Of a DNA stretch of 64,000 nucleotides, positions 47,471 to 59,335 are shown one piece after another. Location of the stretch: the NCBI GenBank assembly GCA_005889405.1, contig VBFY01000061.1, forward strand, positions 64,769-128,768. Reading direction: 5' to 3'. Source of the DNA: Chloroflexota bacterium. Its GTDB lineage: Bacteria; Chloroflexota; Limnocylindria; P2-11E. Position numbers and translations under genes: made by a program. How positions within the stretch are numbered: position 1 is the stretch's first letter; every line of letters begins with the position of its first letter. The notes below the pieces were generated by a model that was not told the DNA's origin, ran no database searches, and was given only the letters and a program-made list of their open reading frames with translations.

Positions 47471-49702
47471 CTACTCCTCGCCTGGCCGAGCCGAGCCGTA
47501 CACCTCTCGGAACTTGCCCGGCCCGCGGTCCGGTCCGACGACGCCGTTGCGCTCCATGATGTCGATGAGCCTGCCCGCGCGCGCGAAGCCGATCGTCATC
47601 TTCCGCTGCAGCATCGAGACCGACGCCTTGCCCTCGTGGCGGATGATCTCGACCGCCTCTTCGTAGCGCTCGTCGTCGATGTCCTCGCCGTCGGACTCGC
47701 GCCGGGTCAGGCGATCCGGCCCCTCGAGCACCTTCGGATGGCGGTCGTACGCGGTCCCGCCCTGCAGCGTCCAGTGACGGCTGATGAGCTGGATCTCGTT
47801 GTCCGACACGTAGACGCCCTGCGCGCGGATCGGCTTCGCGAGGTCGGGGCGAAGCACGAGCATGTCGCCACGTCCGAGGAGCTTCTCCGCACCGGTCATG
47901 TCAATGATGGTGCGGGAGTCGACGGCGGACGCGGTAGCAAACGCGATACGAGCCGGGATGTTCGCCTTGATGAGACCGGTGATGACGTCGACGGAGGGCC
48001 GCTGCGTGCCGAGGACGAGGTGGATGCCGGTGGCGCGGGCCAGCTGCGCCACGCGGGTGATCTGCTTCTCCACCTGGATCGGCGCCTGGAGCATGAGGTC
48101 GGCGAGCTCGTCGATGACGAAGACGACGTACGGGATGCGGTCGGAGCCGGTGTGCTTCTCGTTGTACTGGCCGATGTTCCGCGAGCTCGTCCGGGCGAAA
48201 AGACGGTAGCGGCGGTCCATCTCCCCGACCACCCAGAACAGGGCGTTCAGGATCTTGTCCGCGTCGGTCATGACCGGGGCGATGAGGTGCGGGACGTCGC
48301 CGAACGCGGTGAAGTCGACCCGCTTGAGGTCCCCGATGAGGAGGCGGACGTCGTCCGGCGTCGCGTTGAGCAGCAGGCTGCAGAGGATCGAGCTGATGTT
48401 CACGCTCTTGCCGGAGCCGGTCTGACCCGCGACGAGCAGGTGCGGCATCGCGCCCAGGTCGAGCACGATCGGGGCGCCCGCGACGTCGCGTCCGAGCGCG
48501 ACGGTGAGCTTTGACGGCGACGCGCGGAAGATCGCGGTCTCGACGACGTCGCGCAGCGACACCAGGCCGACGGCGAGGTTCGGGACCTCGATGCCGACCA
48601 CGCTCTTGCCGGGGATCGGCGCCTCGATCCGGAGCGTGCGCGCCGCGAGCGCGAGCGCGAGGTTGTCGTTGAGCGACTCGACGCGCGACAGCAGGACCCC
48701 GGGCGCGATCTTCAGCTCGTACCGCGTCACGACCGGGCCGGGCGTGACCTCGACGACCTTCGCGGCGATGTTGAAATGCGCCAGGGTCTGCTCGATGACC
48801 TCGGCGCTCCTGCGGATCTCGCTGCTGGTCCCGGCATGGCCGGCATCGCCCACGCCGAGGATGTCGAGCGGCGGGAGGGTCCAGTTGCGGTCCGCCTTGG
48901 CGTGCAGGACGCCTTCGACGGCGACGTTCTTGTCCGGCAGCCCGGCGATCGAGGGAGTGAACGCGCCGCCTGGCGCCGAGGCGGCCTCGTCGGTCACGGG
49001 TGGCGGAAGGAGCCGCAGCTGGGGCTTGGGAGCCTGAGCGGGCCCCTTGGGGCGCTGGACGGGCATGTTGATCCGGAGCGGCAGGGCTGCCTCCTCCAGT
49101 TCCTCCGCCTCGGGTTCGTCGACGCCGCCGCCGAACCTTCCCGCCGTGCCGCCGGGGAGGCTTACCCCAGGTCGGAGGGCGGTCCGGCGCTCCCAGGCCG
49201 GCCGGACGAGGTCGCCGAGGGTGCGGTTGGAGGCCACGACGATCCCCACGAGGACGACCGCGACGAGCGCGATCGGTCCACCGACGTCGCCGAAGGCGCC
49301 GGTCGCGATCTTCGCGATCGTCGCGCCGACGACGCCGCCCGCGCCCTGGCCGGTCGCCGGCTCGCCCCGTTGGTAGTGCTGCGCGATCGCCAGGAGCGCG
49401 ACGAACACGAGCGCCCCACCCGCGATCGGGATGATCGCGCTGCGCCGCATGAGACCGAACCAGAGTTCGGCCGCAAGAGCAGCGAGCAGGAACGGCACGA
49501 CAAACGCGCCCCACCCCAGGCCGGACACGAGGAAGGCGTGCCACCACTGCAGCACCGGTCCCTGATCGGCGATGAGCGCGACGATCGACAGCAGCGCGAA
49601 CGCGAGCAGTGCGATCGCGCCGACCTCGCCCCGGATGCGCGGATCGACGGCGGGGACGGCACCGCGCTGCGGCTGGCGGCGCGACACCCGGCGCGCGCTC
49701 AT
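47471..49702 (-). CDS. ftsK: DNA translocase FtsK/SpoIIIE
   Basis: N-terminal 4 TM helices, Pro-rich linker, motor domain PHLLVAGQTGSGKS, winged-helix gamma domain. Confidence 0.9.
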   Translation of the reverse strand: MSARRVSRRQPQRGAVPAVDPRIRGEVGAIALLAFALLSIVALIADQGPVLQWWHAFLVSGLGWGAFVVPFLLAALAAELWFGLMRRSAIIPIAGGALVFVALLAIAQHYQRGEPATGQGAGGVVGATIAKIATGAFGDVGGPIALVAVVLVGIVVASNRTLGDLVRPAWERRTALRPGVSLPGGTAGRFGGGVDEPEAEELEEAALPLRINMPVQRPKGPAQAPKPQLRLLPPPVTDEAASAPGGAFTPSIAGLPDKNVAVEGVLHAKADRNWTLPPLDILGVGDAGHAGTSSEIRRSAEVIEQTLAHFNIAAKVVEVTPGPVVTRYELKIAPGVLLSRVESLNDNLALALAARTLRIEAPIPGKSVVGIEVPNLAVGLVSLRDVVETAIFRASPSKLTVALGRDVAGAPIVLDLGAMPHLLVAGQTGSGKSVNISSILCSLLLNATPDDVRLLIGDLKRVDFTAFGDVPHLIAPVMTDADKILNALFWVVGEMDRRYRLFARTSSRNIGQYNEKHTGSDRIPYVVFVIDELADLMLQAPIQVEKQITRVAQLARATGIHLVLGTQRPSVDVITGLIKANIPARIAFATASAVDSRTIIDMTGAEKLLGRGDMLVLRPDLAKPIRAQGVYVSDNEIQLISRHWTLQGGTAYDRHPKVLEGPDRLTRRESDGEDIDDERYEEAVEIIRHEGKASVSMLQRKMTIGFARAGRLIDIMERNGVVGPDRGPGKFREVYGSARPGEE

Positions 49703-51366
49703 ACCTGCATGATCACCGGCAGCACCATCGGCCGCCGCTTCGTGCGCTCGTACAGGTAGGCCGTGACGCTGTCATGGATCGAGTCGCGCAGCGTCGCGAC
49801 TTCCGCGAGGTGCTCGCCCGTTTGCGCCTCGCCGAGCCCGTCGAGGATGCGCTGCCGTGTGCGCTCGACGATGTCCGCGGCGTCCTCCTCGGGCACGAAG
49901 CCTTTCGTGACGATGTCCGGGCCCGACAGGACCTTGCCCGTCTGGCGCTCGATGGTGAGCACGACCATGAAGATGCCGTCGCTGCCGATCGACCAGCGGT
50001 CGCGCATCACCGATTGGCTGACGTCGCCCACGCCGAGACCGTCGACGTACACGACGCCGGAGGCGACCTTCTCGCCCAGGCGCGCGCCGCGCTCGTCGAT
50101 CTCGACGCAGTCGCCGTTGGTGATCACGAACGCGTTCCCCGGCGCGACGCCGAGGTCGATCGCGATGCGCGCATGCCGTACGAGCATCCGGTACTCGCCG
50201 TGGACCGGGATGAAGTACTTCGGTCGCAGGATGTTGAGGAGCAGCTTGAGCTCCTCCTGACTCGCGTGCCCGGACACGTGCGGCCGAACGCCCGCGTCGT
50301 AGATGACCTCCGCGCCGAGCTTGAAGAGGTTGTCGACGGTGCGGCTCACGAGCTCCTCGTTGCCGGGGATCGGCGTCGCCGACATGACGACGGTGTCGCC
50401 TTCCTTCACCACGACGTGGCGGTGGTCGCCGAGCGCCATCCGTGACAGCGCGCTCGTGGGCTCGCCCTGGCTGCCGGTGGTGATGATGCAGAGCTCGTGG
50501 TCGGGGAGCTTGTCGATCTCCTTCGGGTGGATGAGCGAGCCCTCGGGAAACACGAGGTAGCCGAGCTCGCGCGCGGTCCGCGTGTAGTTCTCCATCGATC
50601 GCCCGATGATCGCCGTGCGCCTTCCCCACGCCGCTGCGACGTCGACGATCTGCTTGATGCGCGAGATGTTCGACGCGAACGTCGTCGTGATCACGCGGCC
50701 CGGCGCGCGCGACATGATCGTGTCGAGGAGATCGCCGACGTGACGCTCGGACTGCGTGTAGCCGGCGACCTCGGCCCGCGTCGAATCGGAGAGCAGGAGC
50801 AGCACGCCGTGTGCGGCGATCTCCGAGAGCCGCGCGAAGTCGGTCTGCTTCCCATCCACCGGCGTGTGGTCGAACTTCCAGTCGCCCGAGTGCACGATCG
50901 TCCCGTACCGCGTCTCGATCGTGAGTCCGACGGCGTCGGGGATGCTGTGGCACACGTAATAGGAGTCGCACTCGTAGGGCCCGACGCGGAACGGCGTTCC
51001 CGGTGTGATCTCGTTCGCGTTCACCTTGTCGGCCAGCTTGTGTTCCCGGAGCTTGGTGCGCATGAGCCCGAGCGTGAGCTTCGTGCCGTAGACGGGCACG
51101 TCCGGAAGGTCGCGCAGGACGTACGGCAGCGCACCCATGTGGTCCTCGTGCGCGTGGGTCAGGATGATCCCGCGCACCTTCGCTTTGTTCTGCCGCAGGT
51201 ACGAGATGTCCGGGATGACGAGATCGATGCCGAGCATCTCCTCATCGGGGAACATGAGGCCGGCATCGACGACGACGATGTCGTCGCCCTGCTCGATCGC
51301 GAGCATGTTCTTGCCGATCTCGCCGACACCGCCGAGCGGGATCACGCGAAGGCGGCTAGTTGCCAA
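49699..51366 (-). CDS. rnj: Ribonuclease J
   Basis: LRVIPLGGVGEIGKNM, HAHEDHMG metallo-beta-lactamase / beta-CASP motifs, 555 aa. Confidence 0.9.
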   Translation of the reverse strand: MATSRLRVIPLGGVGEIGKNMLAIEQGDDIVVVDAGLMFPDEEMLGIDLVIPDISYLRQNKAKVRGIILTHAHEDHMGALPYVLRDLPDVPVYGTKLTLGLMRTKLREHKLADKVNANEITPGTPFRVGPYECDSYYVCHSIPDAVGLTIETRYGTIVHSGDWKFDHTPVDGKQTDFARLSEIAAHGVLLLLSDSTRAEVAGYTQSERHVGDLLDTIMSRAPGRVITTTFASNISRIKQIVDVAAAWGRRTAIIGRSMENYTRTARELGYLVFPEGSLIHPKEIDKLPDHELCIITTGSQGEPTSALSRMALGDHRHVVVKEGDTVVMSATPIPGNEELVSRTVDNLFKLGAEVIYDAGVRPHVSGHASQEELKLLLNILRPKYFIPVHGEYRMLVRHARIAIDLGVAPGNAFVITNGDCVEIDERGARLGEKVASGVVYVDGLGVGDVSQSVMRDRWSIGSDGIFMVVLTIERQTGKVLSGPDIVTKGFVPEEDAADIVERTRQRILDGLGEAQTGEHLAEVATLRDSIHDSVTAYLYERTKRRPMVLPVIMQV

Positions 51367-51967
51367 AGAGCGTCATCTGATCCGCGGTCTTCTGTTCCGC
51401 TTTCTGTTGTGGGACCCGCTCGGTCGCAAGCAGTAGCGCGAGCGCCGCGAAATCCCCCGCGAGCGCGCCACGCAGCGCCGGCTGATGCAGCGCGGCGGCG
51501 GGGTGATAGACGGGGAAGATCACGAGGCCGTCGACCTTGCGCGGCCGGCCGTGGATCCGTGAGATCGACTCACCGGGAAGGAACTTCGCCATCGCGTGCC
51601 GGCCGAGCGTCACGATCACGCGGGGCTTCAAGACCGCCAGGTGGCGGTGCAGCCAGACGTCGCACGCGGTCACCTCGTCGGGCAGCGGGTCGCGGTTCTC
51701 CGGCGGGCGGTGCCGCACGACGTTGGTGATGAACACCTTGCTCCGGTCGAGACCGATGTCCGACAGGAGCTCGTCGAGGAGCTGTCCGGCCGCGCCGACG
51801 AACGGGCGTCCCTGAAGGTCCTCGTTGTATCCGGGCGCTTCGCCGAGGAAGAAGATCCCCGACTCGGCGCTTCCCTCCCCGGGCACGGCCTGCCGCGCGC
51901 TCCGGTGAAGGGGACAGGCCGTGCATGCCCGGATCTCGTCGGCGAGCATGCGCAGGTCGTCTTGCAT
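51356..51967 (-). CDS. Uracil-DNA glycosylase family 4 (Fe-S)
   Basis: CTACPLHRSARQAVPGEG...GEAPGYNEDLQGRPFVGAAGQLL. Confidence 0.85.
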   Translation of the reverse strand: MQDDLRMLADEIRACTACPLHRSARQAVPGEGSAESGIFFLGEAPGYNEDLQGRPFVGAAGQLLDELLSDIGLDRSKVFITNVVRHRPPENRDPLPDEVTACDVWLHRHLAVLKPRVIVTLGRHAMAKFLPGESISRIHGRPRKVDGLVIFPVYHPAAALHQPALRGALAGDFAALALLLATERVPQQKAEQKTADQMTLFGN

Positions 51968-51987
51968 TCGGGCTGATTATGTCGCGC

Positions 51988-52662
51988 TCACGGCTTCGCG
52001 GGCGCCTTTCGTGCCAGGTACAAGACGTCCGTATAGATGCGCCTCGGCATCTCGACGACGTCCACGACGAATCCGGCGCGCTCGAACATGGCCAGGGCCT
52101 CGTCGCGCGACGGGAAGAAGAATCGCTCGTGTCCACCCTGCGTGAAGCCCAGGCTGACGGTGATCAGCTCCTGCCCATACGTGAGCGCGTAACGCGGGTC
52201 GAGCCGGCGCTCCTGGGCCTTCACCACGAGCGGACCGCCTTCGCCGAGGGCCGCGGCGGCGTTGCGCAGCACGCTCTCCTGTTGCTCGAACGGGATCAGG
52301 TACAGCACGTCGACGATCGTCACCGCATCGCAGCGCGGCGGTGCGTCCGCCACGATGTCGCCGACCTCGAATCGGAGCCACTGCGTGTCCTGGATCGCGC
52401 CACGGGCGACGTCGATCTTGCGCGGATCGAGGTCGATCCCCAGTACGCGCCGCGTCGGCGAAGCCTCGCGCAGCACACAGGCGAAGAGGCCGTGGCCGCA
52501 GCCGAGATCGACGATGAAACCTTTCTTCGGCACGTAGCGCTCGACGACCGCGAGGTCCGACAGGAACGCGCGGCCATGCACGAACAGGCGCGGCATGATC
52601 GGGGCCTTCGTGTAACGGCGGAGCGCGCGGCCCAGAGCGCCGGTCGCTGTCGCGCCCGGCAT
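51988..52662 (-). CDS. Class I SAM-dependent methyltransferase
   Basis: IVDLGCGHGLF motif I. The ATG overlaps the YdjC TGA (TGATG). The track ORF start 53079 is read-through. Confidence 0.7.
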   Translation of the reverse strand: MPGATATGALGRALRRYTKAPIMPRLFVHGRAFLSDLAVVERYVPKKGFIVDLGCGHGLFACVLREASPTRRVLGIDLDPRKIDVARGAIQDTQWLRFEVGDIVADAPPRCDAVTIVDVLYLIPFEQQESVLRNAAAALGEGGPLVVKAQERRLDPRYALTYGQELITVSLGFTQGGHERFFFPSRDEALAMFERAGFVVDVVEMPRRIYTDVLYLARKAPAKP

Positions 52663-53450
52663 CAGTGGACCCGCCACAGGACGTCGCGGCCCAGCGCGGT
52701 GCGCAGCAGTGGGTCGGTGAGCAGCGCGAGATCGTCGGCCCGCGGCAGGAGACCGTCCGCGAGGCTGAGGTCGTCGTCCACATACCCCGGATGGCCCGCG
52801 ACCTCGCCGAGCCCACCGTACGCCGCGAGGAGCGCGACGCCGGCCGCGTCGAGGCGCGGGCGCTGCGATGTCAGGTCGACGTACCAGGAAGGGCCGCGGA
52901 TGCCGCGGAGGGCAAGGTCCGATACGAGCGAGGCCGCGGCGAGCGAAGCCGTCTTCAGCTCCGTTCGGAGCCGCGGCGCGCGGGCGCGGCGCACCCAGCG
53001 CACGCCCAGATCGCGAGCGACATGCCCGACGACCAGCGCCACCGGCGGCAGTAGATGCACGTGGCGATGCGAGTCCCACGCCAGCGCCGGAACACCCCAG
53101 GATCGCGCACGGGCAGCCTGTGCTCGTAGCTCCCGCGCGAGCTCCGCCGGGCGCACGCGCCCGGTGAAGAGACGACGGGTGAAGACGGAGAGCGGGTAGA
53201 ACGTTCCGTTCTCATCGCAGAGCGAGGGGACCGAGGCGGGGTCGCTTGCGGGTCGGCCGCCGACGAGATCGAGGTGCAGTCCGATCTCGAGGTCCGGCTC
53301 GGCCAGCGCGAGTGCCGCGGCCTCCTGTGCGGCCGGATACGTCACGATGAGCGACGTCGAGCGGACCACGCCCCGGCGATGGGCTTCGAGGATGCCGCGC
53401 GTCACGCCGGTGCTGAGACCGAGATCGTCGGCGGTGACGATGACGCTCAA
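52662..53450 (-). CDS. YdjC/ChbG-like carbohydrate deacetylase (HpnK-like)
   Basis: TTG start overlaps the GT2 TGA (TTGA). SVIVTADDLGLSTGVTRGILEAHRRGVV..S YdjC N-terminal signature, H/D metal site. Confidence 0.75.
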   Translation of the reverse strand: MSVIVTADDLGLSTGVTRGILEAHRRGVVRSTSLIVTYPAAQEAAALALAEPDLEIGLHLDLVGGRPASDPASVPSLCDENGTFYPLSVFTRRLFTGRVRPAELARELRAQAARARSWGVPALAWDSHRHVHLLPPVALVVGHVARDLGVRWVRRARAPRLRTELKTASLAAASLVSDLALRGIRGPSWYVDLTSQRPRLDAAGVALLAAYGGLGEVAGHPGYVDDDLSLADGLLPRADDLALLTDPLLRTALGRDVLWRVH

Positions 53451-54166
53451 CGGTAGCGCCCGAGCATGTCGTTCAGGCGGATGCGTATGAGGTCGCGCAG
53501 CATCCGCGGCGCCTGCGCCGCGAAGTTGATGCTCGTCTCGTGGTCCTGCATCAGCGCGAAAGGGATCTCGCGAACGCGATAGTGCGCTCGTCGCGCGAGG
53601 AACAGGACCTCGGCATCGAACGCGAAGCCGTGCAGGCGTTGGCGCAGGAAGAGGTCCTTCGCGGCCTCGGCCGTGTAGGCCTTGCCGCCGCACTGCGTGT
53701 CCTGGACGCCGGTCGGCACGAGTATCCGCACGCACGCGCGAAAGGCGTCACCGAGGAAGCGCCGCCACCACGGACGGCGTACGACAGAGCCGGGTACGTA
53801 CCGCGACGCGATCGCGATGTCGGCGCCCTCGTCGATCGCGCGGAGGAAGTTGTCGATGATGTCCACGGGGATCGTCAGGTCGGCGTCGAGAAAGACGATC
53901 GGATCGCCCGTGGCGCTGCCGACGCCCGCGCGTACCGCCGAACCCTTGCCGCGATGTGGCAGGGGCAGATAGCGATAGCTGAGGCGGCCCTGCGGCAGCG
54001 TCGCGACCGCGTCCGCGAATGCCTCGCCGGTGTGGTCGGTCGAGCCATCGTCCGCGACGATGATCTCCGCACCGAGGCCGCGCTCGCCGAGAAACTCCGC
54101 GCATGCGGCGAGGCTCGCCGCGATCCGGCGAGCCTCGTTATAGGAAGGTAGAACGAGTGAGAGCAG
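53447..54166 (-). CDS. GT2-family glycosyltransferase (polyprenol-phosphate sugar synthase / HpnI-like); start non-canonical, probably CTG 54166
   Basis: Continuous 240-codon frame. The conserved N-terminus LSLVLPSYNEARRI...VADDGSTD begins one codon after the pnp TAG, with no ATG/GTG/TTG for 100 codons (first is GTG 53866). Confidence 0.75.
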   Translation of the reverse strand: MLSLVLPSYNEARRIAASLAACAEFLGERGLGAEIIVADDGSTDHTGEAFADAVATLPQGRLSYRYLPLPHRGKGSAVRAGVGSATGDPIVFLDADLTIPVDIIDNFLRAIDEGADIAIASRYVPGSVVRRPWWRRFLGDAFRACVRILVPTGVQDTQCGGKAYTAEAAKDLFLRQRLHGFAFDAEVLFLARRAHYRVREIPFALMQDHETSINFAAQAPRMLRDLIRIRLNDMLGRYR

Positions 54167-54169
54167 CGG

Positions 54170-56392
<2,223 letters not shown>

Positions 56393-56418
56393 GTATTTGT
56401 TGGGGTGCCTCTAAGAAG

Positions 56419-56440
56419 AGACCCAGGGAGCTCCCTGGGT
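56419..56440 (-). terminator. Perfect 22-nt palindrome (gacccagggag/ctccctgggtc) between rpsO and pnp: rpsO terminator / pnp leader hairpin
   Basis: Read directly from the sequence; its position matches the RNase III-processed rpsO-pnp intergenic hairpin of other bacteria. Confidence 0.5.
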
Positions 56441-56462
56441 CATCCGCGCTCTCGCGGCCTCG

Positions 56463-56735
56463 CTACCGGCGTAGTCCGAGTCGCCCGATGATCACCTGGT
56501 AGCGCTCGGGAGACTTCTGGTGCAGGTATGCGAGGAGCCGCCGCCGCTGTCCGACCATCTGGAGCAGGCCGCGCCGACTGGAATTGTCATGGCGCGCTGC
56601 GCGAAGGTGTTCGGTCAGATGCTTGATGCGCTGCGTGAGGACTGCGATCTGGACCTCCGGCGAACCGGTGTCTTTTTCGTCGCGCTGGTAGGCCCCGATG
56701 AGCTCACGCTTGGATGTCGTCGTAGCGGGCGGCAC
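56463..56735 (-). CDS. rpsO: 30S ribosomal protein S15
   Basis: [50 protein letters not shown]. Confidence 0.9.
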   Translation of the reverse strand: MPPATTTSKRELIGAYQRDEKDTGSPEVQIAVLTQRIKHLTEHLRAARHDNSSRRGLLQMVGQRRRLLAYLHQKSPERYQVIIGRLGLRR

Positions 56736-56894
56736 CCACTGTCCTTTCTCTGATCCGTAGATCTTGTTTTGTCTCGAGCAGTGTATGCGATGGGTGACCG
56801 GCCGTCACGAACGCGGGCGATCCCCTACCTGAGCTCATCGCGAGCCCGCGGGTCGTTTTCGTAACGGGGATCAGCGATCGCCCGCCCATGCCGC
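56736..56894 (-). promoter_or_regulatory. Lower-GC structured 5' leader of rpsO (long-range stem cgggcgatc...gatcgcccg); candidate S15 autoregulatory element and/or ribF terminator
   Basis: Inverted repeats seen in the sequence; 160-nt gap in an otherwise compact array. Confidence 0.3.
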
Positions 56895-57812
56895 TCAAAC
56901 ACGCAGAGCCTTTCGAGTCTCTTCCACATCGTGGGCGATCTGCGTGCTGAGCTCCGCTGCGCTCGCGAATCGCAGCTCGTCGCGGAGGCGCTTTACGAAC
57001 GCGGCCTCGATGCGGTCGCCGTACGCGTCACCACTCCAATCGAGCAGATAGGCCTCGAGTACCCGGTCGCCGCCACCGAACGTCGGCCTGACCCCGAGGC
57101 TTGCCGCCGCGGGAACGCGCTGACCACTCACGGTCGCCCACAGCGCGTAGATGCCGTCGCGTGGCAGTAGCCGTTCGCGCGGGACCGCGAGGTTCATCGT
57201 CGGGAAGCCGAGCGCCCGGCCGCGCTGGTCGCCACGGACGACAGTGCCGCGCACGCTGTACGGGCGGCCGAGGAGGCGCGCCGCGCTCTCTACATCGCCC
57301 ACGAGGAGCGCGTTGCGAATGCGCGTCGAGCTCACCACTTCGCCGTCGAGCTTGACCGGCGTCGCGACGACGACCTCGAAGCCGAAGCGCGACCCGGCCG
57401 CGGCGAGAGTGCGGACATCGCCGCCGCGGTCGTGCCCGAACTGGAAGTCCTCGCCGACGAGGATCTGCCGCACCTCGCCCGCGCTCGTGAGCCGGCGCAC
57501 GAACTCGTCGGCGGTCAGGGCGGCGAATTCTTTGGTGAAGTGAAAAATGACGATGTCGTTCGCGCCGGCTTCCTGCAGCAGCCGCGTGCGTTCGTCGACA
57601 TCGGACAGCGCGGACGGCGGTGCGCCGGGCGCGAGCGCCTGGATCGGGAGCGGATCGAACGTGGCCGCGATCGCTCTCCCACCCTGTTGCTTCGCGCGTG
57701 CGGCGGTCTGCCGCATGAGCGCCCGATGACCGATGTGGACGCCGTCAAAGACGCCGACGGCGATGGAGAGCGGACCGCGCGGCCAGCTGGTGAAGTCCAC
57801 GAGCACGCCCAC
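56895..57812 (-). CDS. ribF: Bifunctional riboflavin kinase / FMN adenylyltransferase
   Basis: VAVGVFDGVHIGH nucleotidyltransferase motif; C-terminal flavokinase PTFGG, TMNL. Confidence 0.9.
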   Translation of the reverse strand: MGVLVDFTSWPRGPLSIAVGVFDGVHIGHRALMRQTAARAKQQGGRAIAATFDPLPIQALAPGAPPSALSDVDERTRLLQEAGANDIVIFHFTKEFAALTADEFVRRLTSAGEVRQILVGEDFQFGHDRGGDVRTLAAAGSRFGFEVVVATPVKLDGEVVSSTRIRNALLVGDVESAARLLGRPYSVRGTVVRGDQRGRALGFPTMNLAVPRERLLPRDGIYALWATVSGQRVPAAASLGVRPTFGGGDRVLEAYLLDWSGDAYGDRIEAAFVKRLRDELRFASAAELSTQIAHDVEETRKALRV

Positions 57813-57823
57813 GGGCGCTGAGG

Positions 57824-59335
57824 CTAGTCGAGCGCTCCGGCAGGTGCGGGCGCGGGCTCACCGGCGACGGGCTCGAGCGGGCGCACCTCGGTGCTCGCGG
57901 GTCCCATCGGCGCCAAAATCGCGGTCGGCGCGCCCGTCGCCACCGGCGCCGACTCCCGCTGCGCGCCGACGGCCGCCCGCTCTCGCCTCGTTCGCACTCG
58001 TCGCTTTGCCGGCGCTGCTTCTGCTCGCAGGAACATCACCGGCGTGGCCACGGCGAGGATGTAGCCGAGGTAGTTCCCCTGGAAGTAGCGGCCGAAGAAG
58101 AGGAACGCGAGAAGCGTGAGCGCGTAGCCGGTGAGCATCGTCGGGAGGGTCGGCCGCTTCCAGAGCTTCCACATCCACCAGAGGGCGATCGGCGTCGCGA
58201 CGGCGATCTCGATCGCGGCGAACGGGAAGTCCGCCTGTCGGAATTCGATCACCCCGAGCGCGAGGAGCAGCGCCGAGAACCCCATGCCAGAGATCGGATA
58301 CGTCCAGGCCGCACCGCCGGCGTTGTAGCGGACGACGTCGTCGTAGAACGCAGCGAAGTCGTTGAGCAGGAACGGCAGGAACGTGATCGCCAGGAACAGC
58401 GTCGCGGGCCAGAGCGGGCGCCATAGGACATCCCATGCCTCGCGCACCGTTCGCGGGCGCCGCGTCGCGACCAGCCACACCGCGACGAACGGCATGAGGA
58501 AGACGGCGTGCAGCTTCGCGGCCGCGGCGATCGCGATCGCGAACGAGCCGAGCGTTCGCCGCTCGCGTTGGAGCAGGGCGATGCCTGCGAACAGGAACAC
58601 CAGCACGAAGAAGTCGTTGCGGCCTTCGACGACGAACGGAAAGAGCTGCGGATTCAGCGCGACGAGCGTCACGAGCGCGAGCCGGTTCTCGACGCGGCGC
58701 GCGAGGAGCGGCACGATCGCGAGCGTCGCGAGGTACGCGGGCAGATAGAGGTAGCGCTGGTCCCAGAACAGCCCGACCTTGTCGAAGAGCCACACGAACG
58801 GCGTCGTGATCAGGAAGAGGAATGGGAAGTACGTGAGGTGATAGAGCGCCGGGTTGTTCACCATCGGCCAGTAATAGAGCGGGGTGTCGAGGTAATCGGC
58901 GACGTAGGGGTTCTGCCCGAGGAGCAGCTTGCGCGCGGCCCATTCGACCATCAGCGCACCGTCGTGGATGTACGTGTAGGGCTTCCCGGTCTCGCGCAGG
59001 ACGATCGACGCGAGCGTTGGCACGACGACGAAGACCGTGATGATCGCGGCGACGTGAACGGCTCGCTGACGGCTCGTGAAGGCGGCGCGCGAGATGTGAT
59101 CGCGCATGGCGTATGCGATCGGCAACACGCCGCAGGCGATGAGGAACACGGTGTCCGCCCCGAACGGGAACAGCTGCCAGAGTGGAACGTCGCGCGTCGC
59201 GGCGACGGTCGTGTGGTTCCCGAACAGCAGCAGCCAGTTCGCGACACCGACCGCGCTCACGACCTTGGCGTCGAGCGACAGATCGCGCCAGGCCTGGAGG
59301 GCGGCGCGGGCCAAGCGTTCCACGACCTTGATCAC
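57824..59335 (-). CDS. Polytopic membrane protein, GT-C-like (DUF2029/GT87-like polyprenol-phosphate-sugar dependent glycosyltransferase?)
   Basis: ~12 TM helices, aromatic/Pro-rich loops (YYWPMVNNPALYHLTYFPFLFL). GTGA overlap with the truB stop. The family call is tentative. Confidence 0.5.
   Translation of the reverse strand: MIKVVERLARAALQAWRDLSLDAKVVSAVGVANWLLLFGNHTTVAATRDVPLWQLFPFGADTVFLIACGVLPIAYAMRDHISRAAFTSRQRAVHVAAIITVFVVVPTLASIVLRETGKPYTYIHDGALMVEWAARKLLLGQNPYVADYLDTPLYYWPMVNNPALYHLTYFPFLFLITTPFVWLFDKVGLFWDQRYLYLPAYLATLAIVPLLARRVENRLALVTLVALNPQLFPFVVEGRNDFFVLVFLFAGIALLQRERRTLGSFAIAIAAAAKLHAVFLMPFVAVWLVATRRPRTVREAWDVLWRPLWPATLFLAITFLPFLLNDFAAFYDDVVRYNAGGAAWTYPISGMGFSALLLALGVIEFRQADFPFAAIEIAVATPIALWWMWKLWKRPTLPTMLTGYALTLLAFLFFGRYFQGNYLGYILAVATPVMFLRAEAAPAKRRVRTRRERAAVGAQRESAPVATGAPTAILAPMGPASTEVRPLEPVAGEPAPAPAGALD

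Noticed and set aside
47901-49547. 548-aa minus ORF in an alternative frame of ftsK
   Set aside because: R/G/P-rich. The ftsK frame carries all motor-domain motifs.
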